NCBI GenBank assembly: GCA_964429805.1
Contig: CAYSDH010000007.1
Coordinates: forward strand, 7,923 to 71,922
Origin: an uncultured Flavobacteriales bacterium
GTDB lineage: Bacteria > Bacteroidota > Bacteroidia > Flavobacteriales_D > JABDKJ01
Direction: 5' to 3'
DNA length: 64,000 bases
A program made the position numbers and the translations under genes. The notes beneath the pieces were generated by a model. It was not told the DNA's origin. It saw only the letters and a program-made list of their open reading frames with translations, and did not search any database. Below are positions 56,815 to 64,000 of this stretch, piece after piece. Position 1 is the first letter of the stretch; every line of letters begins with the position of its first letter.

Positions 56815-58416
56815 TTAAAGCTTAATCTCGTTGTCTTCTTTGCCAATAAAGAACTTGAACTTAGTCAGTGGATAGTCGTCATGCGACCGTACGTCAATCT
56901 TAACTCCAAACTTTTTCTCCCAGTCTTTTTGCTTACTGCTTTTCCCTTTCCAAAAGGAGCCAGTAGTCTTTGTGATAAAGGAGTCTATGTATGGGTGTAG
57001 CTTGATACCAATCGTTTGACCTTTTCTAGTCTTAGCAACTATGCTGAGTTGATTCTGAATCTCATCATCAATAAGAATAGCTGCGCCAATCTCACCAGTA
57101 CCTTTACACGAAGGGCACTTCTCTGCAGTCTTAATTTCAGTCTCTGGACGCACACGTTGACGTGTTATCTCAACTAATCCAAATCGACTTGGAGCGAGCA
57201 CGTTGCTCTTTGCCTTATCGTCTTTGAGTAGCTTCTTTAGCAAATCATGGAGCTGCTTTCTGTTCTCCCTTTTTTGCATGTCAATGAAGTCGACTACGAT
57301 GATACCTCCCATGTCTCTCAACTTGAGGACACGGGCTATTTCCTTGGCACACTCTAAGTTTGTTTCAAGGGCATTCTGCTCTTGGTTTGCCTCTCCGGCC
57401 TTGCGGTTTCCAGAGTTGACATCAATGACGTGCATGGCCTCTGTATGCTCTACGATGAGGTAACCACCAGATTTCAAGTTGACTTGTCTTCCAAAAGAAG
57501 ATTTAATCTGCTTGTGAATACCAAACCTATCAAAGATGTCTACTTTCTCAGAGTAATGTTTGACTATGTTGGCTTTGTCTGGAGCCATGCTCGTGACAAA
57601 CTCTTTTGTCTCAGCAGCGAGCTGCTCATCGTTGACGTGTATGCTCGTAAACTTACTGCTCAAGAGGTCTCTTAAGAGTGCTGAAGTCCTATTTAACTCA
57701 CCAAGAATCTTCTTTGGTGCTTGAGCTCTATTTAGATTCTTGTGAATAGACTTCCACCTTGTAAGCAAGTTGTCTAGGTCTGTATGAAGGTCAGCCACTT
57801 TACGGCCATTAGCCACTGTGCGGATGATTACACCAAACCCTTTGGGAACGATACTCTTCATGAGTCGTCTCAATCGAGACTTCTCTTCGCTACTCTTTAC
57901 TCTAGAAGAAATAGAAATCTTACTGGAGAAAGGCACCAAAATGATGTAACGACCAGCAAGAGTTAACTCTGTAGTCAGCCTTGGTCCTTTGGTTGAAATG
58001 GGCTCTTTGGCTACCTGAACCAGAATGTTCTGGTTGCTTGAGACTTGCTCATTAATCTTACCATCCTTATTGATGTCTGGCTCCATTTTAAAGCCTTCTA
58101 ATAAAGGCTTAGTATTCTTGCCAGACATGGATCCTTTGACATATTTAGTCAAAGAAGAGAATTGAGGGCCTAGGTCGAGGTAATGCAAAAAGGCATCTTT
58201 CTCGTAGCCTACATTCACAAAACAGGCATTTAAACTGGGCACGACATTGCGCACTCTACCCAAATAGATATCTCCAACTGAAAAACTATCATCGCTTTTT
58301 TGCTTGTGGAGCTCAGTGAGCATTTTATCCTCAAGCACTGCGATGTCTACCTCTTCCTTACGGGAGTTAATCACTAGTTCTACATTCACGGAACTGTATG
58401 TATTTACACAGAACAC
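56815..58416 (-). CDS. rng: Ribonuclease E/G family protein
   Basis: S1-like VGDIYLGRVRNVVPSLNACFVNVG, catalytic-region HVIDVNSG, and CPSCKGTG Zn-link. The start is uncertain (GTG 58416 or GTG 58389, giving MNVELVINS). Confidence 0.85.
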   Translation of the reverse strand: MFCVNTYSSVNVELVINSRKEEVDIAVLEDKMLTELHKQKSDDSFSVGDIYLGRVRNVVPSLNACFVNVGYEKDAFLHYLDLGPQFSSLTKYVKGSMSGKNTKPLLEGFKMEPDINKDGKINEQVSSNQNILVQVAKEPISTKGPRLTTELTLAGRYIILVPFSSKISISSRVKSSEEKSRLRRLMKSIVPKGFGVIIRTVANGRKVADLHTDLDNLLTRWKSIHKNLNRAQAPKKILGELNRTSALLRDLLSSKFTSIHVNDEQLAAETKEFVTSMAPDKANIVKHYSEKVDIFDRFGIHKQIKSSFGRQVNLKSGGYLIVEHTEAMHVIDVNSGNRKAGEANQEQNALETNLECAKEIARVLKLRDMGGIIVVDFIDMQKRENRKQLHDLLKKLLKDDKAKSNVLAPSRFGLVEITRQRVRPETEIKTAEKCPSCKGTGEIGAAILIDDEIQNQLSIVAKTRKGQTIGIKLHPYIDSFITKTTGSFWKGKSSKQKDWEKKFGVKIDVRSHDDYPLTKFKFFIGKEDNEIKL

Positions 58417-58574
58417 GCTTCACGGCTATGTACGGTCATGCACACCACAATGCGTGGCGGCAAGACTCATTTAAATATGAGGGCAGCAGGGGGTATGAGA
58501 ATGCCTAGATATGGTCCCATTTCCAAAAACAAGGAGTTAAGGAGATAAAGGCCCACCTGCTACTAGGGTTCAGA

Positions 58575-58667
58575 TCACTTCTTCTTCTTGTGTCTGTTTT
58601 TCCTTAGTCTTTTCTTACGCTTGTGCGTAGACATCTTATGTCTTTTCCTCTTCTTACCGCTTGGCAT
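58575..58667 (-). CDS. 30-aa highly basic peptide, bS22-like small ribosomal protein
   Basis: Not in the ORF track (too short). Hand translation: MPSGKKRKRHKMSTHKRKKRLRKNRHKKKK, then TGA. It resembles the bS22 / AURKAIP1-like peptides I recall in Bacteroidota and Mycobacteria. Confidence 0.6.
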   Translation of the reverse strand: MPSGKKRKRHKMSTHKRKKRLRKNRHKKKK

Positions 58668-58681
58668 ATTCCGATAGGTTT

Positions 58682-59176
58682 TTATCTCGTTTTTTCTAAC
58701 TCTGTGATAAGTCCTCTGACCTTGTTTGTCAGACTCGTATCACTTTCAAGTTCAATGTATTCATTGAACGATGCTATTGCTCTTTTACTGTCCCCTAGTG
58801 TGGCGTGCGTCTGTCCTAAATAGACATGCGCCTCATTGTACTTACCATTTTTGTCATGTTCCAGAACCTGTCCGAATCGTTTTATCGCATTCTCATACTG
58901 TCCGGACTGAATGGAAAACACACCTAAATACCATGCTGCATCAATGTTATCAGGATTCTTTTCGTGAATCTCTTTTAACTTTAAGATGCCCTGCATGGGT
59001 GGTCCACCACCGTTAATCATGTCAACAGCTTCTTGTACTTCAGCATCTACTGCTACAATCTCTGTGGCATTTTCTACTGACTCTTTAGGAAGCCTAGGGG
59101 CAATTAAAAAAAGAACTATTCCAATTAACGTAATGGCGATTAAGCCGACTTGAAGCTTATTTAAGCCTCCAATCAT
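58682..59176 (-). CDS. TPR-repeat protein with N-terminal membrane anchor
   Basis: 164 aa, TM LQVGLIAITLIGIVLFLIAP, TPR-like helices (AAWYLGVFSIQSGQYENAIKRFGQVLE...). Overlaps the HU stop by 4 nt. Confidence 0.6.
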   Translation of the reverse strand: MIGGLNKLQVGLIAITLIGIVLFLIAPRLPKESVENATEIVAVDAEVQEAVDMINGGGPPMQGILKLKEIHEKNPDNIDAAWYLGVFSIQSGQYENAIKRFGQVLEHDKNGKYNEAHVYLGQTHATLGDSKRAIASFNEYIELESDTSLTNKVRGLITELEKTR

Positions 59177-59463
59177 TTCACCTCTACGTTTCTCTTGACC
59201 TTCTCAATGAAAGTCTTTGACGGCTTAAAAGCCGGTATATTATGAGCTGGTATAACTATTGTCGTATTCTTTGAAATATTACGACCAGTCTTCTCAGCCC
59301 TTCTTTTAACAATAAAGCTGCCAAATCCTCTCAGATACACATTCTCTCCGCTGGCCAATGAGTTTTTCACCTCATTCATAAAGGCTTCTACCGTGGCTTG
59401 AATTTCCACCTTCTCGAGTCCTGTCTTCTCTGAAATCTCTGCAACAATCTCTGCTTTCGTCAT
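59173..59463 (-). CDS. hup: HU-family DNA-binding protein
   Basis: 96 aa from ATG 59463: MTKAEIVAEISEKTGLEKVEIQATVEAFMNEV...RGFGSF...RNISKNTTIVIPAHNIPAFKPSK. The track's 209-aa ORF is an unsupported upstream extension. Confidence 0.88.
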   Translation of the reverse strand: MTKAEIVAEISEKTGLEKVEIQATVEAFMNEVKNSLASGENVYLRGFGSFIVKRRAEKTGRNISKNTTIVIPAHNIPAFKPSKTFIEKVKRNVEVK

Positions 59464-59589
59464 CTTTATATCAAAATTTTCTGCTCTGTTTTCAACAAAG
59501 CCTTTCCTTAGGGGTCGCAAAGATATACTTCTTGTATATATGATGAAAGATAAGTACAAAAAAAAGATTATCAGGCGATTAGAAGGTCT

Positions 59590-60627
59590 ATGGAAGATGA
59601 TTTGAAAGAGGTTTCGCAGCGTCTCGCGGCATGGTATGTGGAAAACAAAAGGGCACTCCCATGGCGTGGTTCTAGAGACCCATATGTGATTTGGCTCTCT
59701 GAAGTCATTATGCAACAAACTCGTATAGAACAGGGTACGCCCTATTTCTTGAAGTTCTTGAAGCAGTTTCCAGATGTCCATCAACTCGCTAAAGCAGACC
59801 AAGACTCCGTGCTAAAAGCGTGGGAAGGACTGGGGTATTATAGCAGAGCGCGCAACATGCACAAGGCTGCCAAAATGGTGTCTGAAGAAATGAATGGCAC
59901 TTTTCCCTCGGACCAAAAAGGTCTTTTGACCCTGCCGGGGGTAGGAAAATACATCGCCTCGGCCATTGCGTCTATTTGTTATGACGAGCCCACGCCAGTG
60001 GTAGACGGCAACGTGTATCGTTTTCTATCGAGACTACTCCTTATCGGCACTGAAATAAACTCGACTAAAGCGTACAACGAGTTTTCGGCCATAGGCTCGC
60101 AGCTCTTAAAAGGTCATGAGCCCGGTCTGATTAATCAAGCCATGATGGAATATGGAGCACGCGTCTGCACATATAAAAAGCCCAGCTGTGACACATGCAT
60201 ATATAGTGATGTCTGTGGTGCGTTAAAAACGAATCGCATAGACTCGCTTCCAGTCAAGAGAAAAAAGAAGGCTTCTGTAAATCGCTACATCAACTACCAT
60301 GTCATACTTCATGAAGAGCATACTTATATAAACAAGCGAGGCGAAGGCGATGTGTGGCAAGGGCTTCATGAGTTTTACGGTGTAGAGCAAGCGCTGGCTG
60401 AAGAGCCGCTAATGGACATGAAAAAAAGAACGCTTCTAGCCGTCAGAGATGCGAAACACATATTGAGTCATCAAAATATCTATGCCCGCTTCTTTGTAAT
60501 TGAGTCAACATCGGCACCTAAATCAGCAAAGGGCATGATGAAAGTGAAGACTGCAGATCTCGGTCAGTATGCATTTGCTCGATTAACGACTCGTTTTATG
60601 GAAGAAAATGAGGTCTTTTTTAAGTAG
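59590..60627 (+). CDS. mutY: A/G-specific adenine DNA glycosylase
   Basis: HhH-GPD region (LPGVGKYIASAI), 4Fe-4S cluster C-x6-C-x2-C-x5-C (CTYKKPSCDTCIYSDVC), NUDIX-like C-domain. Confidence 0.88.
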   Translation: MEDDLKEVSQRLAAWYVENKRALPWRGSRDPYVIWLSEVIMQQTRIEQGTPYFLKFLKQFPDVHQLAKADQDSVLKAWEGLGYYSRARNMHKAAKMVSEEMNGTFPSDQKGLLTLPGVGKYIASAIASICYDEPTPVVDGNVYRFLSRLLLIGTEINSTKAYNEFSAIGSQLLKGHEPGLINQAMMEYGARVCTYKKPSCDTCIYSDVCGALKTNRIDSLPVKRKKKASVNRYINYHVILHEEHTYINKRGEGDVWQGLHEFYGVEQALAEEPLMDMKKRTLLAVRDAKHILSHQNIYARFFVIESTSAPKSAKGMMKVKTADLGQYAFARLTTRFMEENEVFFK

Positions 60628-60697
60628 AAGGTCAAAAATCTGAATGCAGTCTCAATAATTGAATACTTTTATTCTTTCGTAAACAAAAAATTCAGTC

Positions 60698-61183
60698 ATG
60701 GCAGGAGGAGTCAATAAAGTGATACTAGTAGGAAATCTCGGAAAAGATCCGGAGGTAAGGCATTTAGAGGGCGGCACTGCGGTGGCCAACTTTACGCTGG
60801 CCACTTCTGAGTCATATACCGACAGAAATACTGGTCAACGAGTCACTCAGACCGAATGGCACAACGTAGTTCTCTGGAGAAAAACGGCTGAGATTGCTGA
60901 GAAGTATCTACGAAAAGGAAGACAGGTGTATATAGAAGGAAAGCTTCGCACTCGAAACTGGACTGACCGCGATGGCAACACAAGATATACCACAGAGGTA
61001 GTTGGTGACACGCTGCAGTTACTCGGCTCTAGACCAGAAGGAACTTCAAACACTCCTGCTCCAGGTGCCAATGCATCAGAAACTCGCGCATCTCTTTCAA
61101 ACTCAAATACTGGCACTGCAACAACTACCGCAAGCCCCGCTCTGCCAAGTTCAAGTAGTCCAGAAGACGACCTTCCGTTCTAA
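60698..61183 (+). CDS. ssb: Single-stranded DNA-binding protein
   Basis: [17 protein letters not shown]-fold start, TEWHNVV, disordered tail ending in the acidic tip DDLPF. Confidence 0.92.
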   Translation: MAGGVNKVILVGNLGKDPEVRHLEGGTAVANFTLATSESYTDRNTGQRVTQTEWHNVVLWRKTAEIAEKYLRKGRQVYIEGKLRTRNWTDRDGNTRYTTEVVGDTLQLLGSRPEGTSNTPAPGANASETRASLSNSNTGTATTTASPALPSSSSPEDDLPF

Positions 61184-61185
61184 TT

Positions 61186-62547
61186 ATGGGTGATTTTTTA
61201 AAAAGAAATTTTCTGAAAGATGTTGATGGATTTGCGCTGGGCTTATTCAGGGCAATCTTCGGTGCCTTTATGGTGTATGAGATTTCTTTTTTTCAATCCG
61301 CCCAATTTGTTGAGATAGGTATTCTCGCGCCCTTCGGAACTTTCGAATACGATTTTTTTGAGTGGGTGCAACCACTGTCATTGAGCAGCATGAAGCTGGT
61401 CATGTTTTTGCTTTTTGTCTCTGCCGTGTGTATCACCTTAGGCCTGCTCTTCAGGCCCGCGGCTATTATTTTTACTATACTCTTTACCTACCTCCTCTTT
61501 CTCGGAAAAGGTCATTACAACAACCACTTCTATTTGTTCTGCCTTATACCGTTCTACTTAATTTTTACGAAAGCAGACAGGAACTTCTCTCTACGCTCGT
61601 TTAAAAAGAATCCTGATGTCAGTCGAGACATCCCTTACTGGAACTACCAGGTGCTCAGGCTGCAACTTTTTATAGCCTACTTCTATGGGGGTCTCTCTAA
61701 GTTAAACTCCGATTGGATGAACTGCAAGGAACCGATAAATACAATCGTTAGGCTAAACTTCCCAGACTCCATTTTGAGCAGTGATTTTATGGTGAACTTC
61801 CTCAACTACGGGGGAGTCTTTTTTGATCTTGGAATCGGGTTTCTCTTGTTGTTCAGAAAGACGAGATGGTTCGCCTTTTTTGGTGTCATCACATTTAACC
61901 TTCTCAACGGACTTGTACTGTTTGACGATATTGGAATCTTCCCTTTTGTCATGATTTTTGCCACTATCGTCTTCTTTGATCCTGAAGAAGAATGGATTCA
62001 GAAATTAAAGTCTGTCTTTATCTCTGGCACCTATAGAGATGAGAAAAAAGAGCGTCAGTTTTCTAAGATGGGAGCAGCACTTACCTTCCTCTCTGTGTTC
62101 TTGTTTTTGCAACTCCTTATCCCCTTGAGATTTATGGCCTTAGACGGTAACACTAATTGGACAGGGATAGGGCGAAAGTTTTCATGGCGCATGAAAATCC
62201 AGACTAGACAGCTTACACAGTTTAAGATGAAAGCGGTCAACAAAAAGACCGGACAACTCTCTGGTATGGATGAAGCGTCTTTACTTAAGTCGAAGTTTGT
62301 CAACACTCTACAGTATCGATACATGAGAGAGAACCCCGTCATGATATGGCAGTTTGCTCAATATTTGAATAAAAAAAACTTAGAAGATACCGGCACTGAA
62401 TTAGAGCTCTACTTTAATGTCAAGGTTGAATATAATGGGCGTGAGGAGCAGCTCATCATAGACCCAGAAGTCGACCTAGTTGCGGCTAAATACGATCCAC
62501 TTGGTACTAACGATTGGATTATGCCGCTTGAGGGTAGCTGCGACTGA
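61186..62547 (+). CDS. HTTM-domain (vitamin K-dependent gamma-carboxylase-like) polytopic membrane protein
   Basis: 453 aa. N-terminal DGFALGLFRAIFGAFMVYE and the multi-TM layout resemble HTTM-domain proteins. ATG is 2 nt after the ssb stop. Confidence 0.65.
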   Translation: MGDFLKRNFLKDVDGFALGLFRAIFGAFMVYEISFFQSAQFVEIGILAPFGTFEYDFFEWVQPLSLSSMKLVMFLLFVSAVCITLGLLFRPAAIIFTILFTYLLFLGKGHYNNHFYLFCLIPFYLIFTKADRNFSLRSFKKNPDVSRDIPYWNYQVLRLQLFIAYFYGGLSKLNSDWMNCKEPINTIVRLNFPDSILSSDFMVNFLNYGGVFFDLGIGFLLLFRKTRWFAFFGVITFNLLNGLVLFDDIGIFPFVMIFATIVFFDPEEEWIQKLKSVFISGTYRDEKKERQFSKMGAALTFLSVFLFLQLLIPLRFMALDGNTNWTGIGRKFSWRMKIQTRQLTQFKMKAVNKKTGQLSGMDEASLLKSKFVNTLQYRYMRENPVMIWQFAQYLNKKNLEDTGTELELYFNVKVEYNGREEQLIIDPEVDLVAAKYDPLGTNDWIMPLEGSCD

Positions 62548-62603
62548 AGCATAAATTTTCCTACCTTGTGATAAGCTCTGCATGTTAAACCAAATCCCGC
62601 ATA

Positions 62604-63935
62604 TTGGAACCTCCTTCCGTTGAATCGGTCGACACACTGTACACCATCCTTCTGTCCATTGACCCTGCGATGAGCGTCTCACTATTAGTGTTCCTCGTCC
62701 TCCTTATGTGCTCTGCCCTCATATCTGGTTCAGAAGTCGCCTACTTCTCACTTTCTCCTTCAGAAATGGAAGAGTTGAGAAATGAAGACTCCAAGCAGAA
62801 TACGCGCGTTTTGTCGCAACTCAAAGACCCTGAAAGATTGCTTGCAACTATACTCATCACCAACAACCTGGTGAATGTGGCCATTGTCATTTTCTCTACT
62901 TATCTGTCTACCCAAATTTGGGATTTTGGCTCCTTGAAGGGATGGGAGAAAAACCTCATCGAGATTGGTGTGATTACTGGAATCATACTTCTAGTTGGAG
63001 AAGTATTGCCAAAGGTATACGCCACTTCTAATGGGCTTAGGTTGTCCAGATTAATGTCTGGGCCTATACGTTTGCTCACCATTTTGTTTAAGCCGCTTAG
63101 CTCCTTTTTGATTTCATTTTCAGGCATTACGAGTAGGCTTGTCAAAAACAAACAAGACATATCTGTCGACTCGTTGGAGCACGCACTAGAGTTGACCATG
63201 GACAGTGTAGATGTGGAAGAGCAGCGCATCTTAGAGGGGATAGTCAAGTTTGGTAACACAGACGTGAAGCAGGTGATGACTCCGCGTGTGTCCATTCACG
63301 CCATTGATATTGACATGGAGTTTCAAGAAATGCTGGACAAGGTGATAGATTATAATCACTCTCGTATTCCTGTATATGAAGGTTCGCTTGACACCATCAA
63401 GGGGCTTCTTTATCTCAAAGATTTACTGCCCTACATAGGCATCAATCAGATAGACTGGCAGACGATGGTGCGTGAACCGATGTTTGTGCCAGAGAGCAAA
63501 AAAATAGACGACCTCCTAATCGAGTTTAAGAAGGAGAAAATACACATGGCCATTGTGGTTGATGAGTATGGTGGCACATCTGGAATCATCACTTTAGAAG
63601 ACGTGATTGAAGAAATAGTGGGAGACATCACTGATGAATTTGATGACGTAGATATTTCATACTCCAAGCTGGGAGAGAATCAATATCTGATAGAAGGCAT
63701 GACCCCGTTGATGGATGTATATCGCATCATGGACATTGATGGTGAGGCGTTTGAGCAAGCCAAGGGCGAGTCAGACACCTTGGCCGGATTCATCATAGAG
63801 CAGGCGGGTAAAATTCCGTTGAAGAATGAACGCATTCAGTTTAAGAATTACAATTTCACTGTGGAGTCTGCTGATCGCAGAAAAGTGAGGCAGGTGAAAG
63901 TTCAAATTGAACCTATTAAAGAAGAGGATGAGTAG
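62604..63935 (+). CDS. gldE: Gliding-motility protein GldE (DUF21-CBS pair-CorC/HlyC architecture)
   Basis: SGSEVAYFSL DUF21 start, CBS pair, C-terminal CorC_HlyC-like domain, followed directly by a gldD-like lipoprotein gene. The start is uncertain (TTG 62604 or ATG 62670). Confidence 0.8.
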   Translation: MEPPSVESVDTLYTILLSIDPAMSVSLLVFLVLLMCSALISGSEVAYFSLSPSEMEELRNEDSKQNTRVLSQLKDPERLLATILITNNLVNVAIVIFSTYLSTQIWDFGSLKGWEKNLIEIGVITGIILLVGEVLPKVYATSNGLRLSRLMSGPIRLLTILFKPLSSFLISFSGITSRLVKNKQDISVDSLEHALELTMDSVDVEEQRILEGIVKFGNTDVKQVMTPRVSIHAIDIDMEFQEMLDKVIDYNHSRIPVYEGSLDTIKGLLYLKDLLPYIGINQIDWQTMVREPMFVPESKKIDDLLIEFKKEKIHMAIVVDEYGGTSGIITLEDVIEEIVGDITDEFDDVDISYSKLGENQYLIEGMTPLMDVYRIMDIDGEAFEQAKGESDTLAGFIIEQAGKIPLKNERIQFKNYNFTVESADRRKVRQVKVQIEPIKEEDE

Positions 63936-64000
63936 ATATTTGAGTACACTCTGTCTCCTGGTCATGATGAGTGCGTGTGGACCAGAGCCCATTCCAAAGC
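63928..64000 (+). CDS. gldD: Probable gliding-motility lipoprotein GldD, first 24 codons (continues beyond the right edge)
   Basis: Not in the ORF track. ATG 63928 overlaps the gldE stop by 8 nt. Hand translation MSRYLSTLCLLVMMSACGPEPIPK gives a lipoprotein signal with lipobox MSAC. Identity is inferred mainly from its position after gldE. Confidence 0.5.
   Translation, partial: MSRYLSTLCLLVMMSACGPEPIPK

Noticed and set aside
59464-59802. 113-aa N-terminal extension of the HU ORF (track ORF 59173..59802)
   Set aside because: HU family proteins are ~90-100 aa. The extension overlaps the mutY start and the divergent promoter region and has no recognisable features. ATG 59463 gives a complete canonical HU.

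Overview
Almost gap-free, housekeeping-rich chromosomal window. It looks like a Bacteroidota (Flavobacteriia-like) genome. Supporting this: gldE/gldD gliding genes, at least five (probably six) type IX secretion (T9SS) cargo genes, the ftsX-DUF3098-uppP-truB-queA-rlmN block, the HU-TPR-bS22-rng block, mutY-ssb, and TAnnTTTG -7 promoter motifs very close to start codons. I call 57 protein-coding loci, including trpS, lysS, leuS, polA, hflX, rsmA, gatC, lipB and rlmN. By eye I found no rRNA, tRNA, CRISPR array, transposase, integrase or phage gene. Three genes I consider real are missing from the supplied ORF track: an 845-codon FG-GAP protein running off the left edge, a 30-aa bS22-like basic peptide, and the start of gldD at the right edge. 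Two loci carry three single-base frame disruptions: a T9SS cargo gene has one and an MBOAT acyltransferase has two. A lolE-like permease also lacks a canonical start codon for its conserved N-terminus. From one sequence I cannot separate real gene decay from assembly indels. I did not find a convincing self-contained novel system such as defence or a mobile element. The best candidates for uncharacterised biology are (i) a translationally coupled CBS-fused carboxylate-amine ligase / AstE-like deacylase / YhhN operon, (ii) a surface-modification neighbourhood (flippase-like protein, T9SS-secreted arylsulfotransferase-like protein, MBOAT, membrane-anchored SGNH/AlgX-like protein with a CBM-like tail), and (iii) an amidohydrolase operon where only one of three modules keeps the HxH metal motif. 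All family assignments come from motif recognition by eye, not from database searches.
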